A stretch of DNA of 64,000 nucleotides from positions 161,760,001 through 161,824,000 of the forward strand of contig CM059425.1 of the NCBI GenBank assembly GCA_030390025.1, read 5' to 3'. Position numbers and translations under genes: made by a program. This DNA comes from Squalus acanthias (taxonomy: Eukaryota). Below are positions 12,166-24,930 of the stretch, one piece after another. The notes beneath the pieces were generated by a model, which did not search any database, had not been told where the DNA came from, and was given only the letters and a program-made list of their open reading frames with translations. Position 1 is the first letter of the stretch; each line of letters begins with the position of its first letter.

Positions 12166-15100
12166 AAAGCATATATATTCTAGTTACATTGGAGCCTAGA
12201 CTTATTGGCAGTAGTCCAGTTCAATGTCTCAAATGCCAAACACGAACACTTACAGTGTAAATATATTCACATATTATTGATGCAATTGGAGCCAATAACC
12301 GATAACACTTCAAATAAATCTGGGTATTGGAACAGGTAAGTCTGTATACTGGTGTAATGTTATCAAAAAATTGTGCAAACTATTAGTCTAGATATTCTCT
12401 CTTCCAATGCAATTTCAAATTGTTTGTGTGTTTATTTTTCCCTGGCCATTTTATTTTTTTATCAGTGTAATTTTAGCAGTTATAAATAGAAAGAGATTCA
12501 AAAATTTTACATGCTATTGTTTCCCTCTTGATATGCAGTTTTGACTTATATTGACCATATTTACTTTACTCATTAATTATTACTTAATTGACGGATTGCA
12601 TATGTTGTCACCTTACAGGAAGCCACAGTCCATTCTATAATTTGGATTTCGTACCATTGAAAGAAAGTGCAGAGTTTTATACTTGGTTTGATAAGCCACT
12701 GTGGTAAATATTTGGCAAATGGGGCAATTCAATCTTATAATGCTCTCCAGGATGAGTTCTGCCTTTAAGGTGGAAATTTCTTTAGCTATTTTCAAATGTA
12801 GGTCTTCTTATCTGATCTACAGACTGCTGAGAGGACGGCTCATCTTCTGGCAATTCTGGAGGATTTATTTTTTCTCTAACCTGCTGAGATGAAATTAATG
12901 TCTTTTTTCCAACATGCGATGAGCTCCAGTCTGGTTAGGGAGAGCTGGAGGTGGGCCTAAATATTACCATCTCAGAGGATAAATAGAAAGACATCTGTGA
13001 AGCCAACTGCACAGTGACCACAAGTTCCAGGCTTTGAGGGGGGCAGCTTAACATAATTTGCTGGACATATTAGCTGATTAAGATGGTACTCTGGCACCAC
13101 CCATGAATACTGCAAAGATATGGAGAAATTAACATCCTTGTCTGTATTTCAGTACATGCCTTAAAATGGCTAAATATTGGGAACTTATTCATTGTTTTTT
13201 CAAACAGTAAGTATCTCTCTGTAAGTGGGCCCAAACAATATCACCTGGTGGTGAAGATCCTTCTGAATTTATCAATAGGCAGATTACTGAACCTACTTCT
13301 TTTTACAGCACCACATTGACTTCTTGTGCAATGAAGGCAGGTGGAGCTTTCAGCATGAGCTTCTTGGGTTCATATATTATGGAGGATGGCCCAGTCAGAG
13401 AGAATCATGTTTCTAGCTGGATCAGAAAATAATCCTCAGGATGTGAATTTTTTTCGTGAAAATTGCTTAAAAAGATTCTTTAACTATTTTTAAAGGTGTT
13501 TTTCCCATCGCATTCCTTTTGGGCTTTTTTGGCCCGTTTTGAGTTTTCCTTCGGCCTCCCTTAAGCCATTCCCTATTTTTTGCCAACGCCCCTCTTGAGT
13601 CGACCATTACTATCCATGGCTTTCCCACCCTACAAGTAAGGAAGGGCTTTATTTTTGTTTGCTGCCTCCGTTTAATGATGCACATGACAACAGGAGTTCA
13701 GTTTATTGATAACAATGGGGGTCAACCCATATCTTGCTACTCTGTGGCACAGTATGTTACGTTTTATTTTTAAAATATCTGACAAAGATAATGCTGACTA
13801 AATACACCTTTCTAGCTGCATGGATGGTGTGCAGTAAAATGTATATTTCAGGGTCTTAATACAGTAGCCCCTCATTAAAACACAGTTATAGTACCAAGAC
13901 CTGTGGTAATGCCACAAACAAGAAAACAAAATATAAGCCTTAATTTTCACCTAATCCATCTGCTCATTCCACACTACGCCCAATTTTACTCTCCCTTGTC
14001 TTCAATTGTTAAAATCGGGATTATACTCTCCACATAACAGTCCAAAAATACAAGACTTTTATGTATCTCCCAAAAGGATTCTTATTAGTCTGAGATTGTG
14101 TCTATTATATGTCAGTGATAACGATAAGATAATTTAAGAACAAAGATACATAATACTTATATTCCTGGGTCAGAATATTATTTAATTAATTACATCTAGT
14201 AGAAGGGATGTGCAATGTAAGAAACATGGGTAACTATTAAAGAAAAGCATTCTAATGCCAATCATGTGAGTTTTCTTTTTTCCAAGTCTATAACCTTGTC
14301 ATCTTTAATATTCCCACCAAATGAATCCTTTTATAATTCAATGGTCTATACTTATTGCTGATTTTCTCCTACAAAAAAATTGCATCTCAGCATATAAACT
14401 CACTGTACTCACAATTAAATGGCAAGTAGGATCTGAAGGACATCTCCTATTGTTAATGATTTCACTGAGACTACTGCAAAGTGATGATACTTTTGCAATA
14501 GCTACTTTTCTGGTATTTTAACATTTTTCAAAAACCTTGTGTTTAATTTCATCAGCTAACCTATAATTATACTGCCTAATTAGAATTATTCATGTTTAAT
14601 TGTTCAAAAGTGGCACATCCTTAAAACCCACTACATCATTTTCTTTTTTTTAAATGTGTTGAGAGAAAAATACAAAGTTCAAATTCCAGCTACAAAGACA
14701 TTTATTTTCCCCCAGAGCTCTAATAAGCCTTACTTTTGCTGCCTTGAAATCTCAACTGCCTGTGCTATAAAAGCCATGTCACTGAAAAGAGTGATTCCAA
14801 GGTGGGTAAAAGACAGATCAGAGATGGCACAGTATGATCATGGTAATAGAAGCAGAATTAGGCAAGTACTATTAATGGTGATTGTGGTACAAGATCACAT
14901 TTTAACCTATTATCCATGTACACGCACACAGCCTCATTACCTTATGAAAATACATTTTGTAACAACAAACTTACTAAAAATAGAAAATAACACAGGTGTT
15001 GCCATATCTGCAGTAATGTTGCCTCTTTTGGAATATGGTTACATTGGTAGTAGTCCTATTCTGGCCCATTATTCAGCTTTTCCTGGTGTCAACCAGCACT

Positions 15101-15639
15101 ATGATTCACTCAAGCTTACATCTTTGTTAAGTAATTTAACAACACTTTGTAGAAGTGATTCATATGGCTATCAATCATATGCTATCAATACCGCCGGCAT
15201 GCCCATTGTCACCTCCCAACTTGTCTACTTTTTGTCCACTTGTTGAGTAACCAGGCCAACCTCCATAGGAATGCACATTGCTTATCTACTCTTTTTATTC
15301 TGATTTTCTGATTAAGCCTCGAGGTAATAGTGGTCTTGGGTTAAGTTGTATTGTTCTGTTTTCCAGTAGCAGCCAGTGCATTTTTGGCTGCCTTGTAACT
15401 TCATGGAAATTTCACCTTGACTTGTCAAACTAGTGTCATGGCCACAGCCACACAGCAATATAGACCATCTTCAAGCACATTATTTAGGTGAAGTACAGAT
15501 GACAGAAGTGATCTGTCAATGGTGGGAGAGGTAATAAGGTCAGACTGGATGTAGGCTTGTGTAAAGACTTGCAGCATTCTGAATCTGTAGTGGAAATGCA
15601 GTTTAGAGAAGCTAGTGGTTAAGGGAACATTTCTCAATC

Positions 15640-16000
15640 AGCTGGTAGCTTTGACTTGACATTTGAAGCTGTCAACTCATCAGCTGATTCAATGGCCACT
15701 GATCTCCCGCCTCAGCTTCACAGACGAGGTCTAGGCACAGCAGGAAACTGATGGGCGACCTGTTAAATTCAAAAAGCTGGGAAATAAAGCATTGTTAAGT
15801 GGCTCTAAACAAGCCACTAATGATTTGAATTGGCTCCCCCGCTGCTGCCTGTCGGGTCTGCTCAGCGCTGGCAGACCCGACATCGGGAAATGTAGGTGTG
15901 CCCGTTTTGGCAGCGGGTTCGGAACCGCTGTCAATCATTTTAAATTTCACAGCTGACCTGCCACCCATCCCGTCCGCTGAATGCCGGCAAAATCGTGGCC
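15640..16000 (+). mobile_element. Right-end fragment of a family B-like Harbinger
   Basis: Ends TGCCGGCAAAATCGTGGCC, similar to 43440-43479; left boundary uncertain. Confidence 0.5.
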
Positions 16001-16191
16001 TACATTTCACATTCAAGATCATATTCTAGTTGATGCTCCAAAATAATATTATGAATGGTTCATTAAGGTATTATTATGGCAGGAGATGGGAGAGAACCCC
16101 GTGGAAATTCAAGGCCTAGATTTCTAGGAAAGGCAGTGAAGGAACTAGATATTATGCAAAATAATAAAGCATATGGTTATAGAAAGTTTAA

Positions 16192-17068
16192 GGGGGAAAA
16201 ATTCAGTTGCTTTGCGCCTCCCGTTAGCGCCCTAAGAGGGCGCTAATGGGGCGCAAAGCAACTAGCGCCCGGGTGCGGCGATGTTTGCGCCGCTCGTGAA
16301 ATTGACCAGACATTTTGCGGCGGCACTAAACACTACCGCCACGATCTCCTGCGCCCGCAGATCGTGATGTCAGTCGAGCGTGCAACGCCCCGGACCGGAT
16401 ATTGAGTGGCGTCCCCTGCCTTACCGCCTGCCACTAGCAACGACAGGTTGAGGGGCATGTTTTGAAGTCGGGAAGGGACTGGGGGAGCGCTATTTAAAGG
16501 CGACCGCTTCCTGCCTTTTTTTATGGGCGACATTTTTGCACCACGCATTCTGAGAGAGAGAGAGACTTCTGGAGAGATTCAACGCTGTGTGAAGAAGTTT
16601 TGGGCACAGCAGCACTTTGCAGGTTCATTTTGATTTGACCTTCCTTGCATCAATTTAGAAGAGACTATGGGGGCTGCACTCTGAGCTCTTTCCCTGTGCC
16701 TCTCCATTGTTCTTTCCAGCAGATTTGATGTACAGGTCTCTCCAGGCCGAGATTCAAGGCTGCAATGAGCAGGGTATGGATGGAGAGCAAGATCGACCCT
16801 CCCCTTTAAGAACTGGCCGGTGCCAGTGTGTCTGTGTTCCATTGCTGACTGACATCACATGAGATTTGCCAGCACTCTGAGGTAGCGCCTCGCTCCTTGG
16901 CCTTTGCGCCTTAAGAGAGGTGTGTAGCGCCTGATTTAGCGCTCCAATCACCTCCAGTGGCGATAGAAGCCAAGTTTGCAGTCGGAGGCAATAATTAGCA
17001 CCAGGCGCTAAACTTTGCGCCCGGCTGATAATTGCGCCCCAAACGGAGCGATACCGAATTTCTCCCCC
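16192..17068 (-). mobile_element. Non-autonomous Harbinger (877 bp), deletion derivative of the 37169/54981 family
   Basis: TIRs GGGGGAAAAATTC / GAATTTCTCCCCC; TAA TSD; both arms homologous to ends of the full-length copies, reverse orientation. Confidence 0.92.
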
Positions 17069-17791
17069 TAATACTCTTAAAAATATCTAAGTATGGGGTT
17101 CATACAACTTGCGCCCACAAATGAGAGGAGACTGAAATTAATGAAGGGCTGGTTGCTCCGGCAGTCCCTTTAACAAGGAACCACCTTAAAAAAATATTTT
17201 AAATTGGCTCATGTCTTCGGGCGTTCAGGCCACAATCTTGCTTGGACTCCTAGCTGGGCCCTATATCCACCCCTTGGTTGGCGGTGGTATCCTTGGTCTC
17301 ATCAGGTGTACCTGCGCCAACCATAAGCCAGATCTGAATGAAGTCCTGAGGAATTCCCCCACAATATTGGACTTTAACGGTGGGGGTGGGGTGGGGGGGT
17401 GTACAATGGCCAGCACAGGCCATCACAGAAAGTTCACCGCTAAGCTACAGTAAGAGTACGTCAAAACATTCATGGATTATCAGCGCCTAATTGTTTATGG
17501 TGAATTATACTTCACAGCATGATCTTTTTTAAAAAGACAACACTCACTACAATTCAAAATAATATATTGTATATGAAGTTCTTTGAGATGTTAAGGTGAT
17601 TACGGCCATGGAAGGAACGCACGTGTCACTCCCTGTCAGACTGTAAATCCTTCCATTACTTCACACTATTCTACAAGGGAAGAGTGTGAGTACGAAAAAC
17701 ATAATTTGAGATATTTCTGATAGATGTAATAAGGCACTATTTCAATGGAAGTCCTTTCAGAGTAATGGAAGCGACATGTCACAACTTCTTG

Positions 17792-19625
17792 CAGCACTCC
17801 ATTCTCTCAGATCCAACCCCGACATTGTCATTAAACCTGCTGACAAGTGTGGTGCTGTTGTTGTTTGGCGAACTGACCTCTACCTAGCGGAAGCTGAATG
17901 CCAACTCTCCGACACCTCCTCCTACCTCCGCCTGGACCATGACCCCACTAGCAAACATCAAGCCACCATTTCCAAGACTGTCATTGACCTCATCTCCTCT
18001 GGTGATCTTCCCCCCATGGCCGCCAACCTCATAGTTCCCCAACCCTGCACAGCCCACTTCTACCTCCTTCCCAAGATCCACAAACAGGACTGCCCTGGTA
18101 GACCCATCGTTTCAGCCTGTTCTTGCTTATCTCTTCCTATCTCGACTCTATTTTTTCTCCCCTTGTCCAGTCTCTTCCCACCTACATCCGCGACTCTTCC
18201 GACGCCCTCCGCCACTTTAACAGTTTCCAGTTTCCTGGCCCCAACCGCCTCCTTTTCACTATGGACGTACAATCCCTCTACACCTCCATCCCCCACCAGG
18301 ATGGCCTGAGGGCGCTCCGCTTCTTCCTTGAACAGAGGCCCAACCAGTCCCCATCCACCGCCACCCTCCTCCGCCTGGCTGAACTTGTTCTCACATTGAA
18401 CAACTTCTCCTTTGACTCCACTCACTTCCTCCAAATCAAAGGTGTTGCTATGGGAACCCGCATGGGTCCTAGCTATGCCTGCCTTTTCGTGAGATATGTG
18501 GAACACTCTTTGTTCCAGTTCTACTCATGTCCCCTCCCTCACCTCTTTTTCCAGTACATTGATGACTGTATCGGTGCCGTTTCCTGCTCTCGCCCTGAAC
18601 TAGATAATTTCATTCACTTTGCTTCCAATTTCCACCCTTCCCTCACCTTCACATGGTCCATCTCCGACTCTTCCCTTCCCTTCCTCGACTTCTCCGTCTC
18701 CATCTCTGGGGATAGGTTATTGACAAACATTCACTACAAGCCCACTGACTCCCACAGCTACCTGGACTACACTTCCTCCCACCCCGCCTCCTGTAAGGAC
18801 TATATTCCATTCTACCAGTTTCTCCGTCTCCGCCGCATCTGCTCTAACGATGCCACCTTCCATAACAGTGCTTCCGACATGTCTTCCTTTTTCCTCAACC
18901 GAGGATTCCCCTCTACAGTGGTTGACACGGCCCTTAACCGTGTCCTTTCTATCTCCCGCACTTCTGCCCTCACCCCTGCCCCTCCCTCCCTCGACCACGA
19001 TAGAGTTCCCCTTGTCCTCACCTTTCACCCCACCAGCCTCCACATTCAACGGAGCATCCTCCGCCATTTCCACCACCTCCAGCGTGATCCCACCACCAAA
19101 CGCATCTTCCCCTCACCTCCCCTTTCAGCATTCCGTAGGGACCGCTCCCTCCGCGACACCCTAGTCCACTCCTCTATCGCCCCCAACACCCCTTCCCCCT
19201 CGTCCAGCACCTTCCCGTGCAAGCGCAGGAGATGTAACACATGCCCTTACACCTCCCCACTTCCCACTGTCCAGGGCCCCAAACACCCCTTCCAGGTGAA
19301 ACAGCAATTTACTTGTACTTCTTGCAATTTAGTATACTGTATTCGCTGCTCACGATGTGGTCTCCTCTACATTGGGGAGACCAAATGCAGATTGGGTGAC
19401 CGCTTTGCGGATCACCTCTGTTCAGTCCGTAAGGGGGACCCCGAGCTTCCGGTCGCCTGTCACTTTAATTCACCGCTCCACTCCCACTCAGACCTCACCG
19501 TCCTCGGCCTCTTGCATTGTTCCACAGAAGCCCAGCGTAAGCTCGAGGAACAGCACCTCATCTTTCGATTAGGCACTTTACAGCCTTTTGGACTCAACAT
19601 AGAGTTCAACAATTTCAGATCATAA
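17792..19625 (+). pseudogene. Penelope RT / GIY-YIG endonuclease, 5'-truncated, one frameshift near 18123
   Basis: IKPADK, YLLPKIHK, GRPIVS, TMDVQSLYTSIP, GVAMGTRMGP, YIDD, Cys-rich linker CKRRRCNTC, VYCIRC..YIGET; 500-codon open stretch 18123-19625. Confidence 0.92.
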
Positions 19626-20029
19626 CCTGGCCCCTATCATATATATATTTTTTATCCACACTTTTTGTTTGGCCATCTGTTCTTCTCTCCCAGATGGCAG
19701 CTGTCTTTCATTCTGCCAGCGCAATTCACACTTCATCCAGAGCCATCCTTTGTTTCTTAACCTGTCCCATTACCATCTCCTTTTGCCTTGAATATCTCTT
19801 AATGTCTCTTAATCTCTCCTGCCTTCTATCCTATCAGACCTTCCCTTTTGTTCTTTCGTCCCCTCCCCCATTTCCCAGACACTACACTTGCTTAAAAATC
19901 TGTTCCATTTCCTGCTTTTTTCCAGTTAACTCTGTTTCTCTCTTCACAGATGCTGCCTGACCTGCTGAGTTTCTCCAGCATTTTCTGTTTTTATTTCAGA
20001 TTTCCAGCATCTGCAGTATTTTCTTTTTG
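17792..20029 (+). mobile_element. Penelope-like retroelement (Neptune-like), 5'-truncated
   Basis: RT + GIY-YIG ORF followed by 3' pLTR; 15-bp TSD TGTCACAACTTCTTG at 17777-17791 and 20030-20044. Confidence 0.93.
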
Positions 20030-20506
20030 TGTCACAACTTCTTGTTGGGTAAAAGGGGACAACGTTACATTGTGGAAAGGTACAAACTACCATATTATAA
20101 CATTGATATTTCTTGTACTAGGGTCATTGAATGGTCACTTCTAAGTAGTTTGAGATAAATGTCAAATCTATTAGTGATGGAAAATCTTTATATAAAAAAC
20201 TGCAATATTGCATCATTCACATGTCCCACCATATGAAACATAATCCTGATGGAATGACTTAAAGGTCAACTGGAAGATTTCATTGTTTTTTACAATTTGA
20301 TCTTTTTATTATTACCGTGGTACAAAACACTTCACATAATTGGCTAAAGAAACATCATATGCTTCAGAATATTTTTTTATTGTTGCTTGCTCATTGAGAT
20401 CAATCAGTTTCAAAAAGTGAATGAAGCAGGCAACAGAATAATGGCTATTGTGGTTGATCTTGCCAAACATATCAGATAATTTGTGCAGATAGAAAATAAA
20501 AATAAT

Positions 20507-21312
20507 GCCCCTTAATTTGCAGTCAGCAGTGAAGCAAAGGCGTTCGCCGCTAGCCCTGAAGTAAGCTTCCCACAAAGATCTCACGATCTCTGTGGCGAGA
20601 AGTTTGGCTTTTCCGACATTCAGTTGAAATAAGTATAAGTTAATGGGGAATCCCAAACGCAAGCTGCTGTGATGTTAGCAAGCTGTCTAAGCGGCCAATC
20701 AGAATGCAGAATTCTCACAGATCGGGAACCAGGAAGTGAATAAGCTTCTTTTATTCTAACTTTTTAAAAATGTTATAGAGAGCAAAACAAAGATTGGGGC
20801 ACTCACATGGGGAAAAGATAAACCTGAAATAAAGATGGATAAACTTTTTAAATAAATAAATGAAAGTTTTTTGAAAGTTTTAAACATTTTTTAATTTTTA
20901 TTAAAATGGATAAATTTGACACTTCACAAAATTAAAATTAGTTTTTCAGGACCATAACCTTTGTTTATCAGTCAATACACTGTTAAAACCCCAGTTACAC
21001 CTAATCCAAAAGGGTCTATCTTTTAATGGGGTATTCAACAGCGATATTACCGCAGAAAAGCTGAAGTTTTTGTCAATTTCACTGATTTCCCTGATTGCCA
21101 GCTATGGGGGTAGGGGGGCGGGGGGGGGGGGGGCGGGGGAGGGGGTGGCCACAGCGCAGCCAGTGTCGGAGCAGTGAATGACTGACCACAACTTCAGGAT
21201 TTCTGCGTTAGGATGTGTATGCGCTATATCCTGAAGTTGCGGTCAGTTTCAAAGGGGTAATAACAGTGAAAGCTGTTCGTTTGCTGTTATTACCCACCAC
21301 AAATTCTGGGCC
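20507..21312 (+). mobile_element. MITE family A, copy 3
   Basis: TIRs GCCCCTTAATTTG / CAAATTCTGGGCC; AAT TSD on both sides. Confidence 0.8.
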
Positions 21313-21559
21313 AATATCACTTTTTATCATTACTTTTTTATAAGATACGTTTTTATTGCATTTTTAGGGCTCTTATTTGGTAAATTACTGCTCTGAGGAT
21401 CAACTTTCAGCCACTCTGCAACTTCTGTAATCCTCAACCAATAATTTACTACTACAGTCCATGTATTGCACTTCATTAATTGTAAAGCAAGTACTAAACA
21501 TACATAGGTTGGGATCCTAGTTGCAGCAGTTAAAGTATTTTCAGTATATTCAGTCAAGG

Positions 21560-21809
21560 GTGAGACTGCATGTGGACAGCAAGGAAGAAGGTGGAAAAGA
21601 CAGATTAGGGAAGTTTAGATATGGGTTCAAATCACCAGGGATGAGGAATTATTCAGCACAGAGGTTGAGGGAGAAGGTTTTGGTAAGTAAATCATCTTAG
21701 GACTTGGGCGGACGGTAGATGGTGAAGATATTAAGTGAGAGGCAGGAGGCATGGAAGAGGATGAGGTACCTAAAGGAGAGAAAGGTGCCAGAGGAGGCCA
21801 AGGTTGAAT
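21560..21809 (-). mobile_element. Old LINE (L2/CR1-like) APE endonuclease remnant, downstream part
   Basis: Minus-strand translation IFTIYRPPKS*...FLIPGDLN with in-frame stops. Confidence 0.6.
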
Positions 21810-21814
21810 ATGTG

Positions 21815-22008
21815 TGTCGTAAGAATGAGCCTTACGCGTGGTGAACTTAAAGTAAGCTTTAATCAACTAAAAAGGTGCTACATACAAAAGAGGTCTTACT
21901 CTATGCCTCTCCAGGATCCAACTGATCAGTCCAGTATTTATCCTGGACTAATCACAGGAAGTGATGCAATAAAGTTCGAGTCACAGGAAGCTGTATTGTG
22001 TTACCACA
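21815..22008 (-). repeat. 3' LTR
   Basis: Identical to 26031-26224 except T21883/C26099. Confidence 0.97.
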
Positions 22009-22020
22009 TTCTCCCCCCCC
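22009..22020 (-). promoter_or_regulatory. Polypurine tract
   Basis: GGGGGGGGAGAA on minus strand abutting the 3' LTR. Confidence 0.9.
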
Positions 22021-22180
22021 AAAAGATTAGGAGGCCGGGATGCTCCCTCCATTTCGTAGCCGCTGGACGAGGGAGAGCCGCACCCGTTTGGGTTCTCGTA
22101 GCGGTAGAGGGCCCCTAGCCCGTTTACCCGCCGCGGGCCGTGGGCCAGAGTCCGAGTGATCCAGCCCGCTCTGTGAGGGG

Positions 22181-24930
22181 TCAGGACGATCCTGACTGTG
22201 TACTGGTGCCCGAACGGGTGTCGGGCAGGGCTGTGGCAGATCCGTTTCCGAGCGTACGGTACGGGGTGGATCGTGGCTCATAGTCAGTCTGCCCCAGGTC
22301 GGCACGCTGGAGTGAGGTACCAGCCGGCGTCAGATCCAGATCGTGATGAGAGGCACCTGGCGAGCCCAGAGATGTGCCTGGTACAATATCATCCCCTGGT
22401 GTCCCTCTATGTTTTGGCGGGCAGGGAGCCAGATCCCGCAATGACACGGTAGATTCCCGACCGTCAGGATACCGAATATAGGCGTAGGTAGGGTTGACGT
22501 CAGTGAGCTCAACCTCATCTACCAGGGGGTCATTCTTAGACGCCCGGACATATCTTCGGAGTAGCACTGGTCCCGGTGCAGTCAGCCACGACGGGAGAGA
22601 TATCCCATAGGATGAGTGACGCTGAAATCGGAAGAACCGTTCATGAGGCGTCGTATTTGTGGCGGTCGAAAGGAGGGACCGTATGGAGTGTAATGCGTCT
22701 GGAAGTATTGCTTCCCATTGCTGGTTGGGTGGGCCCCGAGATCTCAAAGCCAGACGTACCGCATTCCAGATGATAGCGTTATAACGCTCGACTTGCCCAT
22801 TCCCGACCGGATGATAAGGCGTCGTTTTGCTGGCAGCAATACCCCGTTCCGAGAGATAGGCCTTGAGTTCTCCTGACATAAAAGAAGGGCCCCGATCCGA
22901 ATGAACATAGGATGCCATGCCACAGAAAGCAAATACCTGCTCAAGGCAGCTGATAACCGTGGTCGTCAGCATATTGGGGCAGGGAAAGGCAAACGGAAAA
23001 ACTCATCGACCATGGTCAATAGATAAGTGTTGCGAGTTGAAGAGGGCAACGGCCCCTTAAAATCGATGCTAAGCCGTTGCATTGGCTGGGTCGCATGTAT
23101 GAGTATACCACCCGAGGGGCGGAAAAACTGAGGTTTCAATTCCGCACAGACTCTGCAGTTCGAGCACATCTTCTTTACATCCCCGGTAGAGAATGGGAGA
23201 TTTCGGGACCGCACGAAGTGTAGCATGCGAGTAACGCCCGGATGACACAACCCATCATGGATGTCTACGAGCGTAGAGGGTGCCATGGCGGAGCAGAATG
23301 CTTGTGTGAGGGTATCCGGAGCCACATTCTCCTTGCCAGGTCGATAGTGGATGGTGTAACCAAAAGAGGCCAATTCCAGCCGCCAAAGCTGGATTTTATT
23401 ATTTTTAATTTTGGTCCGTTTTCGATTATCGAGCACGAAGGCGACCGATCGCTGGTCCGTGATTAAGGTAAAGTACTGGCGAGCTAGGAGATGAGTCCAC
23501 TTCCGTACTGCCTCTATGATGGCTGTAGCTTCTTTCTCGACTGTAGGATAATGTAGCTCAGCCCCTTGAAAAGTCCTGATCAAAAATGCCACCGGACGAC
23601 CTTCCTGATTCAGAGTGGCCGAGATCGCCACCTCCGAGGCATCACACTCAACAACAAAAGGAAGACTCTCATCGATGGAGTGAAGAGCCGCTTTCTCCAA
23701 CTGTTTTTTCAGGAGGTTAAAGGCTGCAACAGCCGCTGTGTCTAGTGGGAATGTGCTGGCCTTCAGTAGAGGTTGGATTCGGTCCGAGAAGTTAGGAATC
23801 CATTTAGCATAGTATGCAAACAGGCCGAGGGCCTGGCGCAAGGAGGCCGGATTCTTGGGTGGCGGGAGTTCTTGGAGTGGGCGAAGCCTTTCAGGGTCAG
23901 GTTTAATGATGCCATTGCCCACACAATAGCCAAGGATGTTGATGGTTGGTTGTGACTCAATGGATTTAGCCGCATTTAATGTCAAATTACGGTGCTGGAG
24001 TGCATCCCAAAATCGTTGGAGATTGGCGTCATGTTCCCGCTGATTGCGACCTGCGACAGTAATATTGTCCAGATAAGGAAACGTATCCTTCAAGTCTTCC
24101 TGTTTGACCAGGTCATCCATTGCTCGCTGGAAGACAGCCACTCCATTAGTGACCCCAAAGGGGAGGCGACGAAATTGATACAGCCGTCCATTGGCTTCAA
24201 AGGCCGTATACTGCTTGTCTGAGACCTTCAAGGGTACCTGATGATAGGCACTTTTCAGATCATATGTTGAGAACACCGTGTACTCAGCCAGTTTATTAAC
24301 CATATCATCGATGCGCGGCAATGGGTATGCGTCCAAGTCCGTATATTGATTGATGGTCTGTGAATAGTCAATGCACAGCCGTTTCTTGTGAGGTTGTAGA
24401 GGGTTCTTAACAATAACGACCTGGGCGCGCCATGGCGACGAACAAGGCTCGATGATATCCTCTGCTAAAAGCCGAGAAATCTCAGTCGCAATAAAAGACT
24501 GGTCTTCCTGACTGAAACGTCGTGACTTTGTTATAATCGGTTTGCATCGAGGAGGGATACTGGTAAACAGTGAGGGTTCATCCAGTGAAGCTGCTGACAA
24601 TGCACAGAACGGTAATCGAGGTCGTATATTAGAAATAGTGAGTTCAGGTTTGGATCCGCCGAACTCAATGGTGAGCTTCTTATGCTGCTTTTGAAAATCC
24701 AGCCCTAAGATAAGATCACTACATAAGTCCTTGAGCACCGAAAGCCGGGTGGAGGGATACCTGTGACCATTAAGTGTTATTTCAACCATACAAAAGCCAG
24801 AAATTCTGGTATTAAGTGATGACTGAGCCATCGCAATTGCCTGGTCCGATGGGAAAACATGCAGCTTTAACTCTGCAACAATCTGTTCCCTAATGAAACT
24901 ATCAGTGCTACCTGAGTCAATTAAGGATCT
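22181..24930 (-). pseudogene. pol: Gypsy pol (protease, RT, RNase H, integrase), frameshifted near 22995
   Basis: LIDSGS protease; DAYPLP, DLKSAYHQ, LPFG, YLDN RT; CDASE..EKEA..TDQ RNase H; HDGLCH..CRVC and SIDF/SDRG/VERYN integrase. Confidence 0.93.

Noticed and set aside
12619..12703. Possible host exon (CCTTACAG acceptor, GTAAAT donor)
   Set aside because: Short, no recognisable protein similarity, no partner exons; needs RNA-seq
14656..15246. 196-aa ORF
   Set aside because: Non-ATG start, no recognisable motif, AT-rich context, no splice support
21113..21146. G-rich run (G-quadruplex candidate; another at 60296-60330)
   Set aside because: Low-complexity expansion inside a TE, absent in sister copies, prone to sequencing error
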